Shown here: positions 28,358 through 38,200 of the stretch, piece after piece
How the letters are laid out: every line of letters begins with the position of its first letter
How positions within the stretch are numbered: position 1 is the stretch's first letter
Assembly (NCBI GenBank): GCA_051955835.1
Contig: JBQCGH010000030.1
Span: 3,688 to 67,687, forward strand
Length of the DNA: 64,000 nt
Direction: 5' to 3'
Origin: Gemmatimonadales bacterium
GTDB taxonomy: Bacteria; Gemmatimonadota; Gemmatimonadetes; Gemmatimonadales; GWC2-71-9
Notes under the pieces: generated by a model
Seen by the model: only the letters and a program-made list of their open reading frames with translations
Told to the model about the DNA's origin: nothing
The model's database searches: none
Made by a program: the position numbers and the translations under genes

Positions 28358-28397
28358 CCTAGACGATCAGCGTTCGGGCTCACTCCGGAGGTGGCAC

Positions 28398-29099
28398 ATG
28401 CGCAGGCTGACGGAAATCCCGCGATGGGCAGTCGCGCTCCTTGCGGCGGCGGCAATCGGTGGGTGTGGGGGCGGCGACGACTCGGGACCGTCCTCGACGG
28501 CGACCATCGCCAAGACAACGACCAAGAGCGGCGATGCGCAGACCGGACCGGCGAGCCAAGCGCTACCGGAGGTGCTCCGGGTGGTCGTCACACAGAACGG
28601 GTCGCCGGCACCCAACGTCATGATCACATGGGCGGCCGGATCGGGCAGCGTCGCCCCGGTCACCCAGCCGACCGACGACCAAGGCGTGAGCACCACGACT
28701 TGGACTCTGGGCGACACGCCCGGCACCCAGACGGCAACGGCCAGCCTGAGCGGCGCCTCCGGGTCGCCGGTCGAGTTCACCGCTACGGCCACCGGCCCTG
28801 GCCCAGCGGGCACGGTCGTCGAAGTACGGAGCCCCGATGGCAACGGAGGCTATCGGTTCGATCCGGCGGACATCACGGTGACTGCCGGCACCACGGTCAC
28901 GTGGGACTGGGCACCCGGGGCCGCGGGACACAACGTGGTCCCTGATGATGGCAGCACCCCGGCGGCGAGCGGCGATCTCGCGAGCGCGCCTCACCAGTAT
29001 CAGTTCACCTTCACGACGCCCGGCACGTATCATTATCACTGTCAGGCCCACCAGGCCGTGGGCATGGTCGGCACCGTCACCGTCACGGAACAGCAGTAG
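28398..29099 (+). CDS. lipoprotein: Ig-like domain + type-1 copper (cupredoxin) domain (tandem paralogue)
   Basis: 233-aa ORF with lipobox AIGGC. It has the same architecture as the upstream gene. Putative ligands are GHNV ... YHCQAHQAVGMVG (C-x2-H-x4-M). Confidence 0.75.
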   Translation: MRRLTEIPRWAVALLAAAAIGGCGGGDDSGPSSTATIAKTTTKSGDAQTGPASQALPEVLRVVVTQNGSPAPNVMITWAAGSGSVAPVTQPTDDQGVSTTTWTLGDTPGTQTATASLSGASGSPVEFTATATGPGPAGTVVEVRSPDGNGGYRFDPADITVTAGTTVTWDWAPGAAGHNVVPDDGSTPAASGDLASAPHQYQFTFTTPGTYHYHCQAHQAVGMVGTVTVTEQQ

Positions 29100-29123
29100 G
29101 CGTCGCGCGGGCGGGCGCCTCGG

Positions 29124-30731
29124 TCACCCGCCTGCAAACTCGAGGTACCTCGCGGCCTCCGCCTCGACCCGCGCCTCGTCCCACCCCCGCTCGCGCGCCA
29201 TCAGCTCCGCCACCCGTCGCGCCGCCTGGATCCCGCGGTCATCGGTTTCGTAGTAGATGTGCGTGCGCCGCACCATCACGTCCTCGACCGTCTGCGCCAG
29301 CTCGCGCCGCACCGCGTGCACCACCTCCGCCTCGACCGCGGGGTGCCGCGGCGACAAGCGGCGGAGCAGTCGCCGCTCGCCGGCGCCCAGGTTGTAGATG
29401 CCGGCGGCCTCGGTGCCGTAGCTCCGCAGCAGGTGATCCACGCTCTCCGGCGCAAGCCCGAGCTCGAGGCCGCGCTCCCGGAACGACGTGAGATCCGCGG
29501 CCTCGCCGCCGGGCAGCGGCTCCTCGTCGGTGCGGCCGCCTTCGGCGCGGGCACGGCCGTCCTTGAACCGGAGCTCGCGGACGGCCCGATCGACCACCTC
29601 GGCGGCCATCGCTCGATATGTGGTGAGCTTTCCGCCCACGACGGTAATCATCCCGCCGGCGCCCCGTACGATGGCGTGCTCGCGCGACCGGCTGGATTCC
29701 GTCTTCCGGGTCCGCTCCGCCAGCAGGGGCCGGAGCCCGGCCCAGGACGCGCGGACATCCTCGAGGCCGAGCCGAGCGCTGGGAAAGCGCGCATTGGCGG
29801 AGCGGAGCAGGTAGACGACATCGTCGGGCGAGACGCTGAGCTGGTCCGGGGGCTCGCCGGTATCGGTGTCGGTGGTGCCGATGTACGACCGATCGTTCCA
29901 CGGCAGGATGAACAGCACGCGCCCGTCGATCGGGCTGGTGAACACGATCCCGTCGCGGTGGTCGAGGCGGCTCCGGTCGACGACGACGTGAATGCCCTTG
30001 GTGGGCTGCAGCAGGGGCGTGGCCCCGGAGTCCTCGAGCAGCCGCACGCGGTCGGCCCAGGGCCCGGCGGCGTTCACCACGACGCTCGCCCTGAGGGCGG
30101 CGCGTGTGCCGGTGAGGCGGTCCTCGAGCTGCGCGCCCACTACGCGGCCGGCCGTGCGCTCGAGCGCGCGTACCGCGGTATAGTTCGCCGCGAACGCGCC
30201 GTGGTGGACTGCTGAGCGCACCGTCGCGAGCGTGAGGCGGGCGTCGTCGCATTGGGCGTCGTAGAAGCGCGCGCCCCCGACGAGCCCGCGCTCGCGCATC
30301 ATCGGCTCGGCCTCGAGCAGCGCGCGCTTGCCCAGCATGCGGTGCATCCGCACATTGCGGAACAGCGCGAGCGCATCGTACAGCCACATGCCCGCGGCGA
30401 GGCGCCAGATGGGGATGCGGTCGCCCTTGTGCACCGGGAAGATGAACCGCAGCGGCCACACGAGATGCGGCGCTATCCGGAGCAGGACCCGCCGCTCGCG
30501 GTTGGATTCGAGCACCAGCTTGAAGTCGCCGGTCTCGAGGTAGCGCAGGCCGCCATGTACCAGCCGGCTGGAGCGCGAGCTAGTGCCCGAGCCGAAGTCG
30601 TGCTGCTCGACCAGCACCGTCCGAAGCCCGCGCATGGCTGCGTCCCGCGCCACGCCCGCGCCGGTGATGCCGCCGCCGATGACGAGCAGGTCCGCAGGCT
30701 CCGCCGTGAGCTGCTCCAGCGTGGCCCGCAC
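29124..30731 (-). CDS. glpD: FAD-dependent glycerol-3-phosphate dehydrogenase
   Basis: ORF 29124..31217. GTG 30731 gives VRATLEQLTAEPADLLVIGGGITGAGVARDAAMRGL...SSRSSRLVHGGLRYL (535 aa). The longer ORF would overlap the divergent methyltransferase gene. Confidence 0.88.
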   Translation of the reverse strand: MRATLEQLTAEPADLLVIGGGITGAGVARDAAMRGLRTVLVEQHDFGSGTSSRSSRLVHGGLRYLETGDFKLVLESNRERRVLLRIAPHLVWPLRFIFPVHKGDRIPIWRLAAGMWLYDALALFRNVRMHRMLGKRALLEAEPMMRERGLVGGARFYDAQCDDARLTLATVRSAVHHGAFAANYTAVRALERTAGRVVGAQLEDRLTGTRAALRASVVVNAAGPWADRVRLLEDSGATPLLQPTKGIHVVVDRSRLDHRDGIVFTSPIDGRVLFILPWNDRSYIGTTDTDTGEPPDQLSVSPDDVVYLLRSANARFPSARLGLEDVRASWAGLRPLLAERTRKTESSRSREHAIVRGAGGMITVVGGKLTTYRAMAAEVVDRAVRELRFKDGRARAEGGRTDEEPLPGGEAADLTSFRERGLELGLAPESVDHLLRSYGTEAAGIYNLGAGERRLLRRLSPRHPAVEAEVVHAVRRELAQTVEDVMVRRTHIYYETDDRGIQAARRVAELMARERGWDEARVEAEAARYLEFAGG

Positions 30732-30746
30732 TGAGGATCGACCGCC

Positions 30747-31292
30747 GTGACCCTGCCTCCGCTCCCACGCCTGGCCCGCCCCAGCACCTGGTTTCTCTGG
30801 TACGCTCATCGGATCCGGCCCGGGATGCGCGTCCTCGACCTGGCCTGCGGCGAAGGGCGCCACAGCATCGCCGCCGCGATGCGGGGCGGTCGGGTGCTCG
30901 GCCTCGACCGCGACGAGACCCGGCTGGCCACGGCGCGCGAGCACGCGGAGACCCAGGCGCTCGACGTGGACTGGCGGGTCGTGGATCTCGAGGGTCCGTG
31001 GCCCGAGCTCGGACGTTTTGAAGCGGTTCTGGTCTTCAATTATCTTGCCCGTGCGCGGATGCCCGAGATCCGCCATCTCGTGGCGCCCGGCGGCCTGCTG
31101 ATGATGGAATCGTTTCTGACCGGCCAGCGCGAACTCGGCTGGGGGCCGGCCTCGGAGGATCATCTGCTCCGGCCGGGCGAGCTGGCCCGACTCGCGGCGC
31201 CCCTCAGAATCCTGCACGGGCGCGAGGCGCTCGAGCCCGTCGACGCGGAGCGATGGCGCGCGGTGGCCAGCATCGTGGCCGTTCGGGAGTGA
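30747..31292 (+). CDS. class I SAM-dependent methyltransferase
   Basis: 181-aa ORF with GTG start. Motif I is MRVLDLACGEGRHS, with an acidic loop VLGLDRD. Small stand-alone MTase fold. Confidence 0.75.
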   Translation: MTLPPLPRLARPSTWFLWYAHRIRPGMRVLDLACGEGRHSIAAAMRGGRVLGLDRDETRLATAREHAETQALDVDWRVVDLEGPWPELGRFEAVLVFNYLARARMPEIRHLVAPGGLLMMESFLTGQRELGWGPASEDHLLRPGELARLAAPLRILHGREALEPVDAERWRAVASIVAVRE

Positions 31293-31308
31293 AATCTAAG
31301 GGGTGCGC

Positions 31309-31412
31309 GGTGAGCGGTAAGCGGTGAGCGGGACCGGCACACCGGACGTCTGGTGCGGCTTTCCCGTTCACCGCTCACCGCTTAACGTTTCCTGACCCCC
31401 TCACCGCTCACC
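31309..31412. repeat. cluster of four GGTGAGCGG/CCGCTCACC 9-mers (two per strand) forming a nested hairpin between the MTase stop and the fadI-like start
   Basis: GGTGAGCGG occurs at 31309-31317 and 31323-31331. CCGCTCACC occurs at 31371-31379 and 31404-31412. A 14-bp perfect inverted repeat TAAGCGGTGAGCGG (31318-31331) pairs with CCGCTCACCGCTTA (31371-31384). A 12-nt direct repeat TCACCGCTCACC lies at 31368 and 31401. Confidence 0.6.
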
Positions 31413-31423
31413 TTCGGGACCTC

Positions 31424-32719
31424 ATGCACGACGCCCGGCCCGGACGACGAGTGGCCATTGTGGCGGGCCTTCGCACACCGTTCGCGAAAAGCGGAACCAT
31501 TTTCCGCGACGTCTCGGCCACCGCGCTGGCGCGCCATGCCGCGCGCGAGCTGCTTGTCCGCGCGGAGCTCGACGGACGCGAGGTGGACGAGGTCGTCTTC
31601 GGCCAAGTCGTGCCGTCGGTGCGCGTGCCCAACGTGGGGCGCGAGGTAAGCCTCCTGCCCCAGCTCCTGCCCAGCGTGCCGGCCTATTCGCTCAACCGCG
31701 CATGCGCCTCGGCCGCGCAGGCCATCGCCAACGCGGCCGACCAGATCGCCCTCGGCCACGCGGACGTCATCCTCGCGGGCGGCGTCGAGTCGTTGTCCGA
31801 CATTCCGGTCCTCCATTCGCGCCGTTTCAGCCAGATCCTGGTCGAGGCCGGGAAGGCCAAGACCATGGGGCGCCGGCTCGGCACGCTGGCCCGCACCCGC
31901 CCGCGCGACCTGGTCCCGGTCACCCCCGCTGTCGCCGAGCCCTCGACCGGCGAGACCATGGGCCAGTCGGCGGAGAAGATGGCGAAGGAGAACGGCATCT
32001 CCCGCGACGCGCAGGACCGCCTCGCGCTGCGGAGCCACCTGCGCGCGGCCGCCGCGACGTCCGACGGCCGGCTCACTGCGGAGATCGCCCCCTGGTTCGG
32101 GGGCCGCGACTTGGACGAGGTGGTCCAAGCCGACAACGGGATTCGCGCCGACACGTCGCTCGAGGCGCTGTCGCAGCTTCGTCCGGTGTTCGACCGACGC
32201 TACGGCTCGGTGACCGCCGGAAATTCCTCCCCGCTCACCGACGGCGCGGCCGCGGTGCTCCTCATGGCCGAAGACAAGGCGACGGCTCTCGGCTATCGCC
32301 CACTCGCGTTCCTTCGGAGCTACGCTGTCGCGGCGGTGGATCCCGCCTGGCAGCTGCTCATGGGGCCGGTCTACGCCGTCCCCCGTGCGCTGGAGCGCGC
32401 GGGGATCGCGTGGGCCGACGTGGGCCTGGTCGAGATCCACGAGGCGTTCGCGGCGCAGGTGCTGAGCAACGTGCAGGCATGGGCGTCCGCCGCGTGGGCG
32501 GAGCGGCTCGGCCTTCCAGGGCCCGTTGGCGAGGTGGATTGGGATCGGACCAACGTCATGGGGGGCTCCATCGCCATCGGGCACCCGTTCGGCGCCACGG
32601 GCGCCCGGCTGGTGACCACGCTCGCCAACGAGATGGTCCGCCGTGACGTGCAGTTCGGACTGATCTCGATCTGCGCCCAGGGGGGCATGGGCCACGCGCT
32701 CGTCCTGGAGCGCGCCTAG
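31424..32719 (+). CDS. fadI: acetyl-CoA C-acyltransferase (3-ketoacyl-CoA thiolase, FadI-like)
   Basis: 431-aa ORF. Motifs: VAIVAGLRTPFAKSG, the active-site region NRACASAAQAI, GGSIAIGHPFGATGARL, and CAQGGMG. Confidence 0.9.
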   Translation: MHDARPGRRVAIVAGLRTPFAKSGTIFRDVSATALARHAARELLVRAELDGREVDEVVFGQVVPSVRVPNVGREVSLLPQLLPSVPAYSLNRACASAAQAIANAADQIALGHADVILAGGVESLSDIPVLHSRRFSQILVEAGKAKTMGRRLGTLARTRPRDLVPVTPAVAEPSTGETMGQSAEKMAKENGISRDAQDRLALRSHLRAAAATSDGRLTAEIAPWFGGRDLDEVVQADNGIRADTSLEALSQLRPVFDRRYGSVTAGNSSPLTDGAAAVLLMAEDKATALGYRPLAFLRSYAVAAVDPAWQLLMGPVYAVPRALERAGIAWADVGLVEIHEAFAAQVLSNVQAWASAAWAERLGLPGPVGEVDWDRTNVMGGSIAIGHPFGATGARLVTTLANEMVRRDVQFGLISICAQGGMGHALVLERA

Positions 32720-34848
32720 TGTCCGCGTTCACGACGGTCGTCGAGAACGGGATCGCGGTGGTCACCTTCGACCTGCCGGGCGAGCCGGTCAACAAGCTGA
32801 GCGACGCGGTCAAGGTCGAGTTCGAGGCCCTCCTCATCCGTCTGCGCGACGACACCACGATCCGCGGCGCCGTCCTCATCTCGGGCAAGCCCGACACCTT
32901 CATCGCCGGCGCCGACATCGAGGAGTTCACCGCGCTCACCACCGAGAGCGCGGCAGAGCGGCTCAGCTTCGAGGGACAGGAGATGGTGAACCGGGTCGAG
33001 ACCCTGTCCACGCCGGTCGTCGCCGCGATCCACGGCGCCTGTCTTGGCGGCGGCCTCGAGCTGGCCCTCGCCTGTCACTATCGAATCGCTACCGATCACC
33101 CCAAGACCCAGCTCGGTTTGCCCGAAGTGCAGCTCGGCCTCATTCCCGGGGCCGGCGGATGCCAGCGACTGCCCCGGCTCATCGGCGCTCGGGCAGCGCT
33201 CGACATGATCCTCACCGGGCGAAGCGAGCGCGGCGCCAAGGCGCTTCGGCTCGGGCTGGTCGACGAGCTGGTCCCCCCCAGCATCCTGCGCGCGGCGGCC
33301 GTGGCGACGGCCGATCGGCTGGCGCGGGAGGGCGTGCCACAGCGCAAGCCCACGGGCGGATTCCCCGGTCTCGCGCTCGATCGGACCGTGGCGGGCCGGC
33401 GGCTGGTCTATCGCGCGGCCGAGAAGCGCGTGCGTGACAAGAGCGGCGGCCACTATCCTGCACCCCTCCGCGCGCTCGAGGCGGTCCGCATTGGCCTCGA
33501 AGAAGGCATCACGGCCGGGCTCGCGGCGGAACACCGCGCCTTCGGTGAGCTGGCGGTGGGAGAGGTCTCGCGCAAGCTGGTGCAGGTGTTCTTCGCGGCC
33601 GCCGCGCTCAAGAAGGACGACGGGATTGCGCCGGGCAGTGCCGTCCCCCGGCAGATCCGGCGCCTCGGGATCGTGGGCGCCGGGTTCATGGGCGCGGGCA
33701 TCGCCGGCACGGCGGTCGCCAACGTCGAGGTCGATACCCGCCTCAAAGACGCCGACCTCGGCAGGGTGGGTCGGGGTCTCAAGGCCGCGGGGAGCATCGT
33801 CACCGAGCGGTACAAGCGGCGCCGGCTGACCCGGCCGCAGTACGAACGGGTGAGCGCGCTGCTCACGGGCGGCGACGACTTCCGGGGGTTCGGCCGCGCG
33901 GACCTCGTGATCGAGGCCGTGTTCGAGGATCTGCCGCTCAAGCGCCGCGTCCTCGCCGAGGTCGAGGCGGTGACCCGGCCCGAGACGATCTTCGCGAGCA
34001 ATACCTCGACCATCCCGATTCGGGAGATCGTGGCCGACGCGCGTCGGCCGGAGCGCGTGCTCGGCATGCACTTCTTCTCTCCCGTCGAGAAGATGCCCTT
34101 GCTCGAGGTGATTCCGACCGACGCCACCGATCCCGAGGCGATCGTGACCGCCGTGCGGTTCGGCCGCCGCATGGGCAAGACGGTCATCGTGGTGGCCGAC
34201 CATCCGGGGTTCTGGGTGAACCGCATCCTCTCGCCCTACCTCAACGAGGCAGCGATTCTCGTCGCGGAGGGCGTGCCGATCGACGTGATCGACCGGACCA
34301 TGACGGCCTGGGGATTTCCCGTCGGCCCGATCGCGCTGCTCGACGAAGTCGGCCTCGACGTGGCGCAGAAGGCCGGCCAGGTGATGCACACAGCCTTCGG
34401 CGACCGGCTCCGCCCGCCGGAGACGCTGAGCCGGCTGCTCGCGGACGGCCGGCTCGGCCGCAAGAGCGGACGCGGGTTCTACCGATATCAGCACGGCCAC
34501 AAGGCCGGCGTGGACGATTCGACGTACGCGCTGCTCGGCATCCGGCCCATCGAGAACGCGGACACCGGCGTCATCGAGCGCCGCCTGGTCTACGCGATGC
34601 TCAACGAGGCCGCGATGGCGCTCGAGGACGGCGCGGCGCGCAGCGCCCGCGACGGCGACATCGGCGCCCTGTTCGGCTTCGGCTTTCCCGCGTTCCGCGG
34701 CGGCCCGCTCCGTCTGATCGACGATCTCGGTGCGCAGCGCGTGGTCGATACGCTGCGCGACCTCGAGGACGTGCACGGCGCGCGCTTCTCCCCCGCTGGA
34801 AGCCTCATCACGACCATCCTGCACGGCGGACGCTACTACCCAGCCTGA
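32719..34848 (+). CDS. fadJ: fatty-acid oxidation complex alpha subunit (enoyl-CoA hydratase / 3-hydroxyacyl-CoA dehydrogenase, FadJ-like)
   Basis: 709-aa ORF whose GTG start overlaps the thiolase stop (TAGTG). Crotonase part: AAIHGACLGGGLELALACH and LGLPEVQLGLIPGAGG. HADH Rossmann: LGIVGAGFMGAGIA. Confidence 0.9.
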   Translation: MSAFTTVVENGIAVVTFDLPGEPVNKLSDAVKVEFEALLIRLRDDTTIRGAVLISGKPDTFIAGADIEEFTALTTESAAERLSFEGQEMVNRVETLSTPVVAAIHGACLGGGLELALACHYRIATDHPKTQLGLPEVQLGLIPGAGGCQRLPRLIGARAALDMILTGRSERGAKALRLGLVDELVPPSILRAAAVATADRLAREGVPQRKPTGGFPGLALDRTVAGRRLVYRAAEKRVRDKSGGHYPAPLRALEAVRIGLEEGITAGLAAEHRAFGELAVGEVSRKLVQVFFAAAALKKDDGIAPGSAVPRQIRRLGIVGAGFMGAGIAGTAVANVEVDTRLKDADLGRVGRGLKAAGSIVTERYKRRRLTRPQYERVSALLTGGDDFRGFGRADLVIEAVFEDLPLKRRVLAEVEAVTRPETIFASNTSTIPIREIVADARRPERVLGMHFFSPVEKMPLLEVIPTDATDPEAIVTAVRFGRRMGKTVIVVADHPGFWVNRILSPYLNEAAILVAEGVPIDVIDRTMTAWGFPVGPIALLDEVGLDVAQKAGQVMHTAFGDRLRPPETLSRLLADGRLGRKSGRGFYRYQHGHKAGVDDSTYALLGIRPIENADTGVIERRLVYAMLNEAAMALEDGAARSARDGDIGALFGFGFPAFRGGPLRLIDDLGAQRVVDTLRDLEDVHGARFSPAGSLITTILHGGRYYPA

Positions 34849-35261
34849 TCGACCGCCGCGGCGCGGCCGCGCGCGACCCCATGATCCATCCGGCGACGTC
34901 GCCCGATCCCACTTTTGACCCGCGATCGCGACGCGAAGTTGCCGCCCGCGACATTGTGTCTCCGACGAGTGACATGCGTCACGCCCGGACCCGACCGTTT
35001 CACACCGGCGTTCGGGCGTCTCGCGACGGGCGCGGTACAGGTCGCTCCGTCAAACGACCGCCTCGCGACTGAATCGTTGTATGGCCGGAACGGCGCGACC
35101 TATGTTCGACCGGTCGCGTCGGGCCGTCGACCGCGACAGGTCCTTCAGCCTTCAGAGGTCGTAGCGCCGAGCTCCGCTGTCGCAGCCGCCCGCTGGTCCT
35201 CAACCGCTCTACATCCCTCCGCGCGTGGCCCGCCAGATCTCGGCGTCGACAGGAGACAACC

Positions 35262-38200
35262 ATGACCATTCTTCGTCGTGCGGCGCTGCTCGCATGGGGC
35301 GCACTCGCCTTGTTCGCACGACCGGGCCTGAGTCAGCAGCAGCCGGTGATGCTGCACGGACGCGTCACCAGCGCGGCGGGCGCGCCGCTCAGCCAGGCCA
35401 CCGTACTCGTGCAGGAGCTCAACGCCGGTACCACCACCCGGCCCGACGGGAGCTACACCCTCACCATACCCGGCGCGCGGGTGCCGACCGGCCCGGTGAC
35501 GGTGTCGGTCCGAGCCGTCGGTTTCAAGCCATCGACCACGCGAGTGACGCTCACCGCCGGACAGGTCGCCCGGGATTTCCGGTTGGCGGAGAACCCGCTG
35601 CAGCTCGGCGAGATCGTGGTGACCGGCGCCGGCACCGTATCGGAGGTGGAGAAGCTCGGCACCGGTCGAAGCACCGTGGACTCGACCGCGATCACACGAA
35701 GCAACGAGCCCAACGTCATCAACGCGCTGGCGGCAAAGGCGCCGAACGTGAACGTCACCTCGGCGTCCGGCGAGCCGGGCGCACCCTCGCAGATCCAGAT
35801 CCGCGGGCCCACGACCATCACAGCGTCCGACGGCCAGCCGCTCATCGTCGTGGACGGCGTACCGGTGGACAACTCGATCCAGTTCAACAGCCCGAACAAC
35901 TCGGCGCTCAACTCGAGCGCGCTGCCCTCGAATCGTGCAGTGGACATCAATCCGGACGACATCGCCAATGTGGAGATCCTCAAGGGCGCGGCGTCCGGGG
36001 CCATCTACGGCTCGCGCGCCGGCCAAGGTGTCATACTCATCACCACGCGCCACGGCCAACCAGGCCCCACGCGCTATTCCCTGCGGAGCTCGATCGGCCT
36101 GAACGAGCATGGCCGCCTGCCTGAGTTCCAGACCAAGTACGGGCTGGGCACCGGCGGCGCGCCACCCTCGTGCGTGCCCGGCGGTGAGACGAACTGCATC
36201 GTGGGCTTCTCCGAGGCGGGGAGCTGGGGACCGCTGCTCGCGCCCGGCACGCCGATCTTCGATCACTCGGCGGAGATGTTCCAGGACGGCTGGATCACCG
36301 ACAACGCGCTCACCATCTCGGGTGGCACCGACCGGACCACGTTCTACCTGTCGGGCGGCTACAACTACGATCGCGGGTACATCGTCGGACCCAACAGCCA
36401 CTTCCGCCGGATCGCGGTGCGGTTCAATGGATCGCAGCGAATCCTCGACAATCTGAAGGTCGGCGCCAACGTGTCGTATACGGACGACCAGGGCGCGTCG
36501 GTCGTGAGCCGGAACAGCACCGAGGGGCTGTTGCTCGGTGCGTGGCGCACGCCGCCGAATTTCGACAACATGCCGTTCCTGGTGAACGGCCTGCAGCGCT
36601 CGTTCCGGTTCCCCAACCCGGGCCCGGGCTCCGAGCAGGAAGGCCGGCTGTACGACAATCCGTTCTTCTCGGCGAACGAGAACGTTGCCGAGTCGCAGGT
36701 CGGCCGCACGTTCGGCAACGTCACGGCGGATTGGGGCGCGACCCACTGGCTCAAGTTCAACGAGACCCTGGGGCTCGACTACTCCAACGACGAGCGTACA
36801 GAGGGGTGGCCGTGGCAGACCTCGAATACGACGGTGCCCGGCGCTAACGGGGTCGGCGCGGTGAACGCCGGGTATATCCGCACCTCGGAGATCGATAACA
36901 ATCTGACGGCGACCGCCAACTACAAGCTGAATCCCGCGTGGTCGGGCACCTTCACCGTCGGCCAGAACCTCAACTCGAACGGGTACCAGACCCGCCAGAC
37001 GCTCGGCGTGGGCCTCATCGCCCCGCAGCCGTTCAATCTCGGGAACACGGCGACGCAGCTGCCGCCGGACGATTTCCGGCAGACGGTCCGTTTGGAATCG
37101 TACTTCGCGCAGGCCACGGCGGACCTGTGGAACCAGCTCTTCCTCACCGCCGCGGTTCGGAACGATGGCGCCTCGAGCTTCGGATTGACGCAGCGTCGGA
37201 GCTGGTTCCCCAAGGCCAGCGCCGCGTGGACGTTCTTCCGAGGCGGGCAGAACGACAACGGTTGGCTCACCTTCGGGAAACTGCGGGCGGCGTACGGTCA
37301 GAGCGGCACTCAGCCGCAGCCCTACCTGCTCGCCAACGTGTTCAACTCGGTCACGCTCGCGGAAGGCGGCTTCGGCCCGGCCAGCTCGACCCAGATCGCC
37401 GGCGTCGGCGGCCTGGTGACCAGATACAACCTGCCGACGGAGAATCTCGGGCCCGAGCGGGTCAAGGAGTTCGAGACCGGGGCCGATCTCGGGCTGTTTG
37501 CCGACAAGGCCGACTTCGGCATCACCTATTATCGCGATAACTCGACCGGCGTCATCCTCAACGTGCCGGTGGCCGGGAGCACCGGCTACACGGAGAAGCC
37601 CGCCAACGCGGCCTCGCTCCGCAATATCGGGTTCGAGCTCGCCCTCAACGTCCGGCCGGTGACCACGCGTGACATGTCCTGGGAGGTCGGCGCGCAGTGG
37701 GCGCACAACCGGAGCCTCACGACCGACCTCGCCGGCGTGCAGTTCGCGCCCTTCCCCTTCAGCGGCGGAACCAACGGGCTCGGCGTGCAGGCGGTGGCCA
37801 TTCAGGGCCAGCCGGTGGGCGTGTTCTACGGCACCGATTTCGTCCGGTGCGGCCGCGGACTCGTGATCAACAACGTCAACATCGACCAGACGGCGGGCGC
37901 GTGCCTTGGCGCGCCGGCCGGCGCGCTCTACATCGACCAGACCGGCTACCCCCAGGTCGACGCGTCCAACAACTATGTGGTCGGCGACCCGAACCCCGAT
38001 TGGACCGGCTCGCTCCGGACCGCGTTCCGGTGGAAGAAGGTGTCCGTGAGCGGATTGCTCGACATCCGGCATGGGGGCCAGAACTACGACGGCACGCGCG
38101 GCGCCATGGACCACTTCGGCACCTCGCTCGAGTCGCAGCAGTTGCGTGATGGCGGCAATTTCGTCTTTGGACAGACCTACCTGTCCAACCAGAAGGTTGC

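Noticed and set aside
34849-35261. Possible cobalamin riboswitch in the long leader of the TonB-dependent SusC-like gene (segment GCAGCCGCCCGCTGG resembles part of the B12 core).
   Set aside because: I could not find the other conserved elements (the GGTG-AA-TCC region and the B12 box AGYCMGG-ACC-GCC) in the right order. The transporter is SusC-type rather than BtuB-type. An Infernal scan is needed before any claim.
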